DNA of 64,000 bases from Prevotella sp. (GTDB lineage Bacteria > Bacteroidota > Bacteroidia > Bacteroidales > Dysgonomonadaceae): contig JAITVV010000056.1 in assembly GCA_031285625.1 (NCBI GenBank), positions 128,001 to 192,000 on the forward strand, given 5' to 3'. The notes under the pieces were generated by a model. The model was not told the DNA's origin and did no database searches. It saw nothing but the letters and a program-made list of their open reading frames with translations. Below, piece after piece: positions 1 to 8,907 of this stretch. A program made the translations under genes and the position numbers. How positions within the stretch are numbered: position 1 is the first letter of the stretch; each line of letters starts with the position of its first letter.

Positions 1-1358
1 AAGCCGCTCTTTGTATCACTTCTTCTCCAATCCATACAGTAGACTATTATGTGAAATTTGCGGACAAGTTGGTTGAATTTGGGGCAGACGAGTTATGTTT
101 AAAAGATATGGCAGGTGTAGGCCGTCCGGCTTTCCTTGGTAAGCTCGTAAAAGCTTTGAAAGACCGCCATCCTAATATACCTATTCAATATCACGGACAC
201 ACAGGCCCTGGTTTTTCTGTAGCTTCCATGCTTGAAGTAGCGCGCGCTGGTGCCGACTACGTAGACACAGCTATCGAGCCGTTGGCATGGGGTATGGTAC
301 ATCCTGATGTTATCACGATACAGGCAATGTTGAAAGACGCAGGATTCTCTGTTCCGGATATTAACATGAGTGCTTATATGGAAGCACGTGCATTAACCCA
401 GTCATTCATCGATGATTTCTTAGGATACTGGATCGACCCTTCAAATAAAGTGATGAACTCATTGCTTGTTGGCTGTGGTCTTCCTGGTGGTATGATGGGA
501 TCAATGATGGCAGACCTTAGAGGAATGCATTCTGCTATCAATATGGCTCTTCGCAACAATGGTAAAGCTGAGGTTACACTAAACGACCTTGTTGTTCAGT
601 TATTCGAAGAAGTAGAATACATCTGGCCTAAACTTGGTTATCCACCACTGGTAACGCCATTCAGCCAATATGTCAAGAATATTGCATTGATGAATATATT
701 TGCATTGGCACAAGGACAACCTCGCTTCTCCAACATCGACAAAGACAGTTGGAATATGATACTGGGTAAGACAGGTACTCTTCCGGGTAAACTGGATGAT
801 GAAATCGTTGAATTGGCAAAATCTAAAGGCCTTGAATTCTATACAGGTAATCCTCAGGATGAATATCCTGATGCATTGGATGAATACCGCAAGGAAATGG
901 ATGCCAATGGCTGGGATTATGGTCAGGATGATGAAGAATTATTCGAGCTTGCTATGCATGACCGTCAATACCGCGATTACAAATCAGGCCTGGCTAAAGA
1001 ACGTTTCAACGTTGATCTTGAAAAAGAGAAAGAAAAAGCAGGTGCACCTATCATTGTAACACGTCAGGTGATTGAAGTTCCTGCATTCGATGCAGAAGCT
1101 ATACAAGCCAAATATCCTGAAGCAAAACCTGTACAAGCTACTGTTAGCGGACAGGTTATCTGGCAGGTAGATGTGGATGATGTATCTACTGCTCCTGTAA
1201 TTGGCACTCCTGTGAAAGAAGGTGACACAGTTTGTTTCGTTCAAACATATTATGGCATCGAAGAAGTAAAAGCATTAGCTTCCGGAAAAATTCTGCAGAT
1301 AGAAACAAAACAAGGAGCTAAAGTACAGAAGAACCAGGTATTAGCTTATGTAGGCTAA
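1..1358 (+). CDS. Oxaloacetate decarboxylase alpha / pyruvate carboxylase B-like carboxyltransferase with C-terminal biotinyl-like domain (5' end outside window)
   Basis: Frame is open from base 3 (AALCITSSPIHTVDYY...); motifs LCLKDMAG, HGH, PGGM, LGYPPLVTPFSQ typical of the family. Confidence 0.88.
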   Translation, partial: AALCITSSPIHTVDYYVKFADKLVEFGADELCLKDMAGVGRPAFLGKLVKALKDRHPNIPIQYHGHTGPGFSVASMLEVARAGADYVDTAIEPLAWGMVHPDVITIQAMLKDAGFSVPDINMSAYMEARALTQSFIDDFLGYWIDPSNKVMNSLLVGCGLPGGMMGSMMADLRGMHSAINMALRNNGKAEVTLNDLVVQLFEEVEYIWPKLGYPPLVTPFSQYVKNIALMNIFALAQGQPRFSNIDKDSWNMILGKTGTLPGKLDDEIVELAKSKGLEFYTGNPQDEYPDALDEYRKEMDANGWDYGQDDEELFELAMHDRQYRDYKSGLAKERFNVDLEKEKEKAGAPIIVTRQVIEVPAFDAEAIQAKYPEAKPVQATVSGQVIWQVDVDDVSTAPVIGTPVKEGDTVCFVQTYYGIEEVKALASGKILQIETKQGAKVQKNQVLAYVG

Positions 1359-1376
1359 GAACTTACCTAAATAAAA

Positions 1377-1410
1377 AGAACGGAGATGCCTCAAAAGGTA
1401 TCTCCGTTCT
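1377..1410. terminator. Bidirectional intrinsic terminator
   Basis: AGAACGGAGATGCC-TCAAAA-GGTATCTCCGTTCT with A-rich and T-rich flanks, between convergent genes. Confidence 0.8.
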
Positions 1411-1425
1411 CTTTTAAACTCTTTT

Positions 1426-4413
1426 CTATTTATTACTAAAACTGATTTGTCCTATATCAATAATCTCTTTGTTCTCAGTCAAACGAAGTGTTATTGTTTC
1501 TTTTTTCTCCTTGTTGTCAGAGAATCGGGTATAAATATCAAGATAAATCGTTGTAGGCCCTATCAATGTTTGCTCCGTTGATCCATAATAATTTGCCTGA
1601 ATCTTATACATACCATTTACAGCTTGCTTTATAAGGAACTCTTCGGGACCATAACCACCGGTAAAATCTCTCGATATGGCTCCTCCTATATGCGTAAGGG
1701 TATTATCGTAAGCACATTTTTCGCCATAAGGATCAGTCACCCATAAGTCCATATCACTATTGTCAGTATCCCAGTTCAGAACAATACGAATATCAACAGG
1801 CATATTATAAATCAATCGTTTATCAATATTATCCAATGACAAATTAACTCTCTCACGTGCAGCCTGAGCAATTACCTTATTCATTTCCTCTACGGCTATT
1901 ACTTCTATCTCAGGAAAACGTCTATCCCAAGAGCGGCTTATTATTTCGTATAATAGCTCTATAGCATGCTGATATTGTTTATCCTGCTCTTTAGCTAAAG
2001 CCAGATCACGATACGACTGAGGTTCTTCGGGGCGTAACTGCATAACAACCTCAAACTGACTAATTGCATATTCAGTATATCCTAACTGTTGCAGACGGTG
2101 TGCTAATACACGCTGTAAGCGATAGTTTTCAACCTCCAGTTCGGCAAGATTGGATAGTATAACAAGAGCTTCCTGTTTCATTCCCCTGTCTTCGAATAGC
2201 GTTGCCACATCCAGATAGAAAGATGGAGAGTCTTTATAATCATCCCTGATATCAAGATAAGCTGAATATAACTGACTATTAGTCTTTTCTTTGAGGATTC
2301 TGAGATATGGCGTATTAGGATTCCATCCTTTCAGTTGTATCTTAGAAACTGATTGTCTTCTCGACACACCCAATTCTTCCTTTACCTTATTCTGATCCTC
2401 CGATTTTACATCTTCCATCACCATTAATGCTTCTTCTTGTACTTCCTCATCCTTTGCTATCACCGGAGCAATAAACATATATGCTTCTTCACGCGGTGGA
2501 GCCTGATCTGCCATTACTCTATGCTCGCGTATTTCAACTATATCATCAGTAGATTCATCTACAGAAATAATGTCATATACATTATTTTTTCTTTTTGCAA
2601 TCTTGTTTTTAGGGAATTTACGATTCCACCATTCCTTCCGTCTATCAAACATTGATATGACATTATCAATTTGAGATTTTCTCCTGTCAAATTTAGTCCG
2701 ATGTATATTATCTAATTGCCTGTTATATTCTTCCAATAAATCTGCCGGTGGTACAATTTCGTTTTGTACATAATCTTCTATCCTATCCAAAACGATCAAT
2801 GATGTATTCCTGGTTACAATATTGTATTTACGACCCAGTTCTCCTATCTCCTTTTTATTTTTATCATAGAGCAAATCCAGTTCGTCTATCTTTTTCTCGG
2901 CCCAGATACGTTCTGTAATATTATCATAGTCAATCAGACTATTTCTATCAATTATTACCTTCTTCGAGGATAAAACTTCATTACCAATACCAAAATGAAG
3001 CGTCACAATAGCTTTATCTGAGTTCAACTTACCAGCAACAGAAAAGACTGAAGTAGGCTTTATAAAAACCGATGAAGTGGTAAACTCTTTTATTTCCGAC
3101 TGATTATAGTCTGCCGAGATAAAACGATAGCTATCTTGCAACAGTAACTTTGATGCCTCATCTGCTGATTGCTGCATAAGGTTGATATACTTACCACCTG
3201 TTACGGATGCCAGATATTGCAACATACTGTAATCTGCTTTCAATGAAGAGCTAATCGTAATTACAGGTATTTTTCCCACAACAGGAATATTTTTTCCAAA
3301 ATTGCTCAATCCATCAGACAATAATAATATTTCGTCAGCCTTTACTTTAGAAAAATCAAGACCTCCTAATTGCGTAGCACCATCATAAGTTATCGATTTC
3401 AAAAACTTCTTCAATTCCGCCCAGTTTCCATTCCTTATCGCAAAAGTTTTTACAGGCATCGATATACAATTGAAAGTATGCAAATCGATATTTACATTTC
3501 TGATTTTTATAAAATAATTTTCTAACAAAGCTATTTCCGCATCTAACTTCCGATCCTGCATCGACATGGATGCATCCCAAAACAAAGCAATAGCAGATGG
3601 TAACTGTTTAGCACGGTTAGTAATAGCCGGATCAACTTGTGCATAGAAAACCGTTTCACCACTAATTCTTCCCTTTTCTACAAATACCTGGTTATTATTC
3701 TTATCCGGAACAGAAAAAACCAACTGTCCCTTTGCCGGATAGTCTTCTGCTTTATATGATGCAATATAAGCTTCCCCCGATTTATCAAAAGAAAATTTAC
3801 CCCAAGGAGTCTCATCTACATTAGGTGCTATATCATTACCAAATACACATAGATTCAATTCAAACGTTTTGAGCGTATCTCTATAATCGACAGGAAGGAA
3901 AGCCTTGTAATTACTGTTTTCCTTAGTCAGTTCCTGCTCATATGCAATTACAATACGGCGTGTACCCTTTGCCGGAAGAGGATAAATACGTGCCTTGAAG
4001 TTATTGCCCTGAGTTTTTTCCAATAATCCCGGATCAATTTTCTGACGGATAACAGATTCAAAGACTTGCTGCCCCTTAGCTTTTTCAACAACTACACCTT
4101 CACGTAAGCTTCCATTTATATCCAATGCAAAACGTGATATATTCTGTCCTTCACCCAAAGGAAATTGCAGTTCACCTTCAAGAACACGGTTATTCGGATT
4201 ATAGAATACCATATCTACTGTGGTTACTGCTATCGCACCTACCACCTTCATATCTATTTTTACATCCGAAACTTTAATTGGCGACTCACCTTTCCTAAGG
4301 TTATTTACCTGAATGGATGGAGGTACTATTATTGCCCGTTGTTGGGTAGCTTGCTGTGCCGAACATGCGTGCACTAAAAATATAGCAAACAAAAAGCCTA
4401 AAATCTTTTTCAT
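1426..4413 (-). CDS. Exported VIT + vWA + TPR + DUF2135 (YfaP-like) protein, 995 aa
   Basis: Signal/lipobox (LVHAC); VIT segment (FYNPNNRVLEGELQFPL...DPGLLE); MIDAS-like DASMS, T, SDG; TPR-like helices; C-terminal LNWDTDNSDMDLWV...GYGPEEF. Confidence 0.8.
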   Translation of the reverse strand: MKKILGFLFAIFLVHACSAQQATQQRAIIVPPSIQVNNLRKGESPIKVSDVKIDMKVVGAIAVTTVDMVFYNPNNRVLEGELQFPLGEGQNISRFALDINGSLREGVVVEKAKGQQVFESVIRQKIDPGLLEKTQGNNFKARIYPLPAKGTRRIVIAYEQELTKENSNYKAFLPVDYRDTLKTFELNLCVFGNDIAPNVDETPWGKFSFDKSGEAYIASYKAEDYPAKGQLVFSVPDKNNNQVFVEKGRISGETVFYAQVDPAITNRAKQLPSAIALFWDASMSMQDRKLDAEIALLENYFIKIRNVNIDLHTFNCISMPVKTFAIRNGNWAELKKFLKSITYDGATQLGGLDFSKVKADEILLLSDGLSNFGKNIPVVGKIPVITISSSLKADYSMLQYLASVTGGKYINLMQQSADEASKLLLQDSYRFISADYNQSEIKEFTTSSVFIKPTSVFSVAGKLNSDKAIVTLHFGIGNEVLSSKKVIIDRNSLIDYDNITERIWAEKKIDELDLLYDKNKKEIGELGRKYNIVTRNTSLIVLDRIEDYVQNEIVPPADLLEEYNRQLDNIHRTKFDRRKSQIDNVISMFDRRKEWWNRKFPKNKIAKRKNNVYDIISVDESTDDIVEIREHRVMADQAPPREEAYMFIAPVIAKDEEVQEEALMVMEDVKSEDQNKVKEELGVSRRQSVSKIQLKGWNPNTPYLRILKEKTNSQLYSAYLDIRDDYKDSPSFYLDVATLFEDRGMKQEALVILSNLAELEVENYRLQRVLAHRLQQLGYTEYAISQFEVVMQLRPEEPQSYRDLALAKEQDKQYQHAIELLYEIISRSWDRRFPEIEVIAVEEMNKVIAQAARERVNLSLDNIDKRLIYNMPVDIRIVLNWDTDNSDMDLWVTDPYGEKCAYDNTLTHIGGAISRDFTGGYGPEEFLIKQAVNGMYKIQANYYGSTEQTLIGPTTIYLDIYTRFSDNKEKKETITLRLTENKEIIDIGQISFSNK

Positions 4414-4672
4414 AATATTACAGTTAAATTGTTAGTTGTTATGCTATATAGATTAACACGAGGGAGAAATTCCATAAATAGAGTGAGCCAAAATCTTCAA
4501 ATCATTCATATTTGTAAGATTAATATTTTCATTCAGTCATAGTTATTTTCGATATCATATTAACAATTATCAATAATTTTGTAATATTGCAGATCATAAT
4601 TACAAGAACATAACTATATTGCGTTCTTACTTGTTAAAAGTGAAAACTAACATCAAAAAAAATATCATCATT

Positions 4673-5179
4673 ATGTTAAGTAAGAAATTAGAAGCTGCAT
4701 TAAATGCACAAATCAATGCTGAATTTTGGTCAGCATATCTTTATTTGTCTATGGCTGCTCATTTTGCAGCAGACGGAAAACCAGGTTTTGCAAATTGGTT
4801 TGAAATCCAGTTTAAAGAAGAACAAGACCATGCTATGAAGTTCTTACATTATGTAACTGAAAGAGGCGGTAAAGTCGAACTAAAACCGATAGCTAAAGTT
4901 GCATTGTCATGGAAATCACCTCTTCACGCATTTGAAGAAACATTGAAACATGAAATCGTTGTTACAGGCCTGATCAATGATCTGGTTGCTTTGGCTAAAG
5001 AAGAAAAGGATTACGCTACAGAAAGCATGCTGAAATGGTTTGTAGATGAACAAGTAGAAGAAGAAGCTACTGCACAAAGTTATATCGATGCTCTGAAAAT
5101 GATCAAAGACAATGGTTTCGGTATCTATACAATTGACAAAGAATTGCAAGGTCGTACATATACTCCACTTGCTGACTAA
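4673..5179 (+). CDS. ftnA: Non-heme ferritin
   Basis: LNAQINAEFWSAYLYLSMA, EEQDHA, WFVDEQVEEE ferroxidase motifs; start moved to ATG 4673. Confidence 0.93.
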   Translation: MLSKKLEAALNAQINAEFWSAYLYLSMAAHFAADGKPGFANWFEIQFKEEQDHAMKFLHYVTERGGKVELKPIAKVALSWKSPLHAFEETLKHEIVVTGLINDLVALAKEEKDYATESMLKWFVDEQVEEEATAQSYIDALKMIKDNGFGIYTIDKELQGRTYTPLAD

Positions 5180-5198
5180 GGAGATAAAAAAAGTTTAT

Positions 5199-5233
5199 AA
5201 TAAATCTCTCCCAATAATAGGGAGAGATTTATT
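5199..5233 (+). terminator. Intrinsic terminator after ferritin
   Basis: AATAAATCTCTCCC-7nt-GGGAGAGATTTATT perfect inverted repeat, T-rich tail. Confidence 0.8.
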
Positions 5234-5314
5234 TTATTATATACTTTGTCTTCATAGAATGAGCTATTTATTACTTTTGTATAAATACTCTCTTTTACTT
5301 AATAAACGATCATC

Positions 5315-6007
5315 TTGATAAAATTAGAACATATCTCAAAACAGTACGGAGAACAAGTTGCCCTCTCAGACGTGAGTTTTTCTATGCAAAAAGGCGAAAT
5401 TGTAGGATTACTGGGTGTAAACGGAGCGGGTAAGTCCACTCTAATGAAAATTTTATCCGGTATTATATCACCAGACAATGGGCAAATTACCTTTTGGGAT
5501 AAAGATTTCTTTTCCGATACTTTAAATATAAAAAGACACACAGGCTATTTGTCTGAAGATAATCCTCTATACGAAGATATGTATGTAAAAGAATATCTAA
5601 AATATGTAACAGGTATCTATAAAGTAAGTAAAGAGAACATTTCAAGAGTGATTGAGCAAACCAGTTTACAGAACGAATATAAGAAAAAGATAAGAAACCT
5701 GTCGAAAGGTAACAGGCAACGGGTTGGTATTGCACAGGCCCTTATCAATGACCCCCTCTTTCTTATTCTCGACGAAGCGACTTCAGGCTTGGATCCAAAT
5801 CAACGGGAGAGTCTGAACAATCTTTTTATAGAAATATCTAAAAATAAAATAATACTTTTTTCGACCCATATATTACAAGAGGTAAAAGAGATATGTTCCC
5901 GTTTTATACTTTTGGATAAAGGAAAACTCGTATCCAATAGTATAATATCTGAAATAGAATCTGTAGAAACCGTTTTTCATACACTAACGAATGAATATAA
6001 TAGCTGA
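5315..6007 (+). CDS. ABC transporter ATP-binding protein (GldA-like)
   Basis: Walker A GVNGAGKST, signature LSKGNRQR, Walker B LILDE, STH switch; TTG start. Confidence 0.85.
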   Translation: MIKLEHISKQYGEQVALSDVSFSMQKGEIVGLLGVNGAGKSTLMKILSGIISPDNGQITFWDKDFFSDTLNIKRHTGYLSEDNPLYEDMYVKEYLKYVTGIYKVSKENISRVIEQTSLQNEYKKKIRNLSKGNRQRVGIAQALINDPLFLILDEATSGLDPNQRESLNNLFIEISKNKIILFSTHILQEVKEICSRFILLDKGKLVSNSIISEIESVETVFHTLTNEYNS

Positions 6008-7103
6008 TAAAAATATACCCTATCTGAAAGGTGTAGCCGAGCAATACGGTAATGTTACTTATCTTGATGGAGCAGCATTTACCCATGAAGCTATCAAAAA
6101 TGCAGACACATTAATTGTGCGTACAGTAACCCATTTCGGCGAAGCTATATTAAAGAATACGAATGTAAAGCTAATCTGTTCTGCAACTATCGGCTACGAC
6201 CATATCGATACAGATTATTGTGATGCACATGGCATAACATGGAAAAATGCTCCCGGATCGAACTCGGGCTCAGTACAGCAATATATTGTATCAGCCCTGA
6301 TTACCATAGCAAGAAAAAAAAGATTTGATCTGAAAGATAAAACCATTGGCATTATTGGAGTTGGTAATGTAGGAAAAAAGGTGGCTAAGGCCTGTGAAAC
6401 ATTAGGAATGAGAGTCTTACAAAACGACCCTCCACGAAAAGAAGCAGAGAATGGCGTTAACTTCGTTGACCTGGAAACAATAATGGAAGAAGCTGATATT
6501 ATCACGTTCCACACCCCTCTGACTAAAGAAGGAAAATATAAAACATTCCACTTAGCCGATCAAAGTTTCTTTTCCGCATTAAAGAAAAGACCAATCATTA
6601 TCAATTCGGCCAGAGGAGGCATAGTTGATACATCTGATATCAAAGAAGCCTTAAAAGACAATCTGATGTCGGGTGCCATTATTGATTGTTGGGAAAACGA
6701 GCCACAAATAGACCATGAATATATGAATTTGGTTGATATAGCAACACCTCATATTGCAGGTTATTCTGCTGATGGAAAAGCTAATGCAACACGCATGTCA
6801 TTAGAATCAATTGCCAATTTTTACGGGCTAAGCAAAGATCCTATAACGGCTATTAAAGAGCCAAAACCATATGATGCAATTATTGACTTAAACAACTATT
6901 CCGACTCTACCAATCGCACCTATGAAGCGATTTTATATACCTATAATCCTTTACTCGATTTTGAACATTTAAAAAGTAGCCCTGAAACTTTCAAGCGGCT
7001 AAGAAACGAATATCCATTGAGAAGAGAGTATACTGCATATACAATAAGAAATGTATCAGAAAGAGAAGGAGACGTACTCACTCAATTAGGATTTAATCTA
7101 TAA
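5991..7103 (+). CDS. pdxB: Erythronate-4-phosphate dehydrogenase
   Basis: IIADKNIPY start, SATIGYDHID, GVGNVG, FHTPL, TPHIAGYS motifs. Confidence 0.92.
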   Translation: MNIIADKNIPYLKGVAEQYGNVTYLDGAAFTHEAIKNADTLIVRTVTHFGEAILKNTNVKLICSATIGYDHIDTDYCDAHGITWKNAPGSNSGSVQQYIVSALITIARKKRFDLKDKTIGIIGVGNVGKKVAKACETLGMRVLQNDPPRKEAENGVNFVDLETIMEEADIITFHTPLTKEGKYKTFHLADQSFFSALKKRPIIINSARGGIVDTSDIKEALKDNLMSGAIIDCWENEPQIDHEYMNLVDIATPHIAGYSADGKANATRMSLESIANFYGLSKDPITAIKEPKPYDAIIDLNNYSDSTNRTYEAILYTYNPLLDFEHLKSSPETFKRLRNEYPLRREYTAYTIRNVSEREGDVLTQLGFNL

Positions 7104-7224
7104 ACAAAGAAATGCCCATAGGGCACTTCTAGTCTTGATGCATCACTGCATTTAATAGTGTTTACACAAAGTTCAGATGTATTTTATTTGAGGGAGAACA
7201 CCTGAATAAAACTCCCTTTTATAG

Positions 7225-7260
7225 AAAGAATCCTAGGATGTTTTCATCCTAAGATTCTTT
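7225..7260. terminator. Terminator between convergent pdxB and susD
   Basis: AAAGAATCCTAGGATG-TTTT-CATCCTAAGATTCTTT inverted repeat. Confidence 0.7.
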
Positions 7261-7272
7261 TTTTATTTATTC

Positions 7273-8865
7273 TTATTTATTAGCAGGATGAGGATTAGAA
7301 GTCGTTCTTGCATCCCAGAACATCTTGCTGTAATAATTATTCGTACCATCCTGCAATGTAGCTACGGCAGCTTCAAAACCAGATTGATTCAGGGTACTCT
7401 CATTTGTTGGATACTTTACACGGGCAGGCAAATCACCTTTTGTTTCAGATAATGTAGTAAAATCCAACAATGTACCATTTACTTCATGAGAATGTTCTCC
7501 CGGTTTCAACAATGTAATCGGATATCCTGTACGGCGATATTCCGACCAAGCCTCAGTTCCATTCATGTATAAGTGAATGTATTTTTGAGTTGCTACAGCT
7601 TCTGCATTCACTGTCTGACTTACTTTATCGACATAAGCTGTTATCGCATCACTGTCGAAAGCAGGGCTACCCATAACCGAACTATACATATCATTCCAAT
7701 GCTCTAGTGACGCAGTAACTCCCTTTTTATATTCATCTGTTGAGAATCCGTTATATTCAGATAAAATAAAGCATATTTCTGCATACGACATCAGCGTTAT
7801 TGTAAAATTAGGCTGAACAACCAATGGCATATCAGCATAAAAGTTAGGTGCTGCATTACGGATAGCAGCGGTCATTTCCGAACTTTGCAATCCATATGGG
7901 ATACCTATATACTTACCATTTCTCGGACTAGTATAGATAGTCAAACGAGGGTCTATCGTATTCTCCCATAAATGTGGTTTGCTATTTAATGTATCCGGCT
8001 GACCTTTGAGCAGATCAACAAAAGGTTTTGCTATAGAGAAGTCATTTCTACCATCTACAAAGAATCCCTGATAAAACATACACTGACTTGGCGAACTTTT
8101 CAGATAAGTAAACGACGCCTCATCTGCATTGCTGGTAAACACGCCTGAATTAACAGCTTCGGATATATAATTTCTCCAGTTTGAATCAACTTTAGATAAA
8201 CGCAACGCGATTTTACACTTCAATGAGTTACCAAATTTTTTCCAAGAAGAAGCATCTCCTCCATAAATTTCGTCTCCACTTGTAAATGCTACTTCATCTT
8301 CATTAATCATACCTATAGCTTCATCAAGCTCTGTAATAAATCCATAATATAATGTTTCCATATCATCATATTTAGGATAGAGGACTTCATCTTCCAATTT
8401 AAATGCCTCGCTATAAGGGATAGAACCCCAGGTATCAACCATCAGCTGCATCAGCCATATTTTCAATATTTTGGCTGCGGCTATCTGATTATTATTATCA
8501 CCATAAACAGCCATCTGAAGTTTAGTTTCAGCATCAGTATTCAATTGCTCTATCAGAGTAAGATTTTTGGCAACACGATAAAGATGATTGAAATAGTTAT
8601 TATTCACACTCTCCCTTATCTGGTATCTGTCTTCTTCAGTATAGTTACGTTGTGCCCAGTACTGAGCATAAACCAATGCCTGACGCCCACTGAACCAGTT
8701 ATCATAAATATAATCCATCATATAAGTCTGGGCTCCGGTCATAATGGTCGGCGTAGAAACTTCCTCCGGATTGTTGGGATCAATGTTGGTCTCTTCCAAA
8801 TCTTTACATGACCCGAATGTAAAAATCAGAACGATAATGAGTAAACCTTTTATTATTGTTTTCAT
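7273..8865 (-). CDS. SusD/RagB-family outer-membrane lipoprotein
   Basis: Lipobox FGSC, NIDPNNP, WGSIPYSEA, DPRL, QKYI, EAWSEYRRTGYP; follows SusC gene. Confidence 0.92.
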   Translation of the reverse strand: MKTIIKGLLIIVLIFTFGSCKDLEETNIDPNNPEEVSTPTIMTGAQTYMMDYIYDNWFSGRQALVYAQYWAQRNYTEEDRYQIRESVNNNYFNHLYRVAKNLTLIEQLNTDAETKLQMAVYGDNNNQIAAAKILKIWLMQLMVDTWGSIPYSEAFKLEDEVLYPKYDDMETLYYGFITELDEAIGMINEDEVAFTSGDEIYGGDASSWKKFGNSLKCKIALRLSKVDSNWRNYISEAVNSGVFTSNADEASFTYLKSSPSQCMFYQGFFVDGRNDFSIAKPFVDLLKGQPDTLNSKPHLWENTIDPRLTIYTSPRNGKYIGIPYGLQSSEMTAAIRNAAPNFYADMPLVVQPNFTITLMSYAEICFILSEYNGFSTDEYKKGVTASLEHWNDMYSSVMGSPAFDSDAITAYVDKVSQTVNAEAVATQKYIHLYMNGTEAWSEYRRTGYPITLLKPGEHSHEVNGTLLDFTTLSETKGDLPARVKYPTNESTLNQSGFEAAVATLQDGTNNYYSKMFWDARTTSNPHPANK

Positions 8866-8907
8866 ATTATTTCTTTATCTTTTATTATTAAACAAGATGG
8901 ACAGAGA

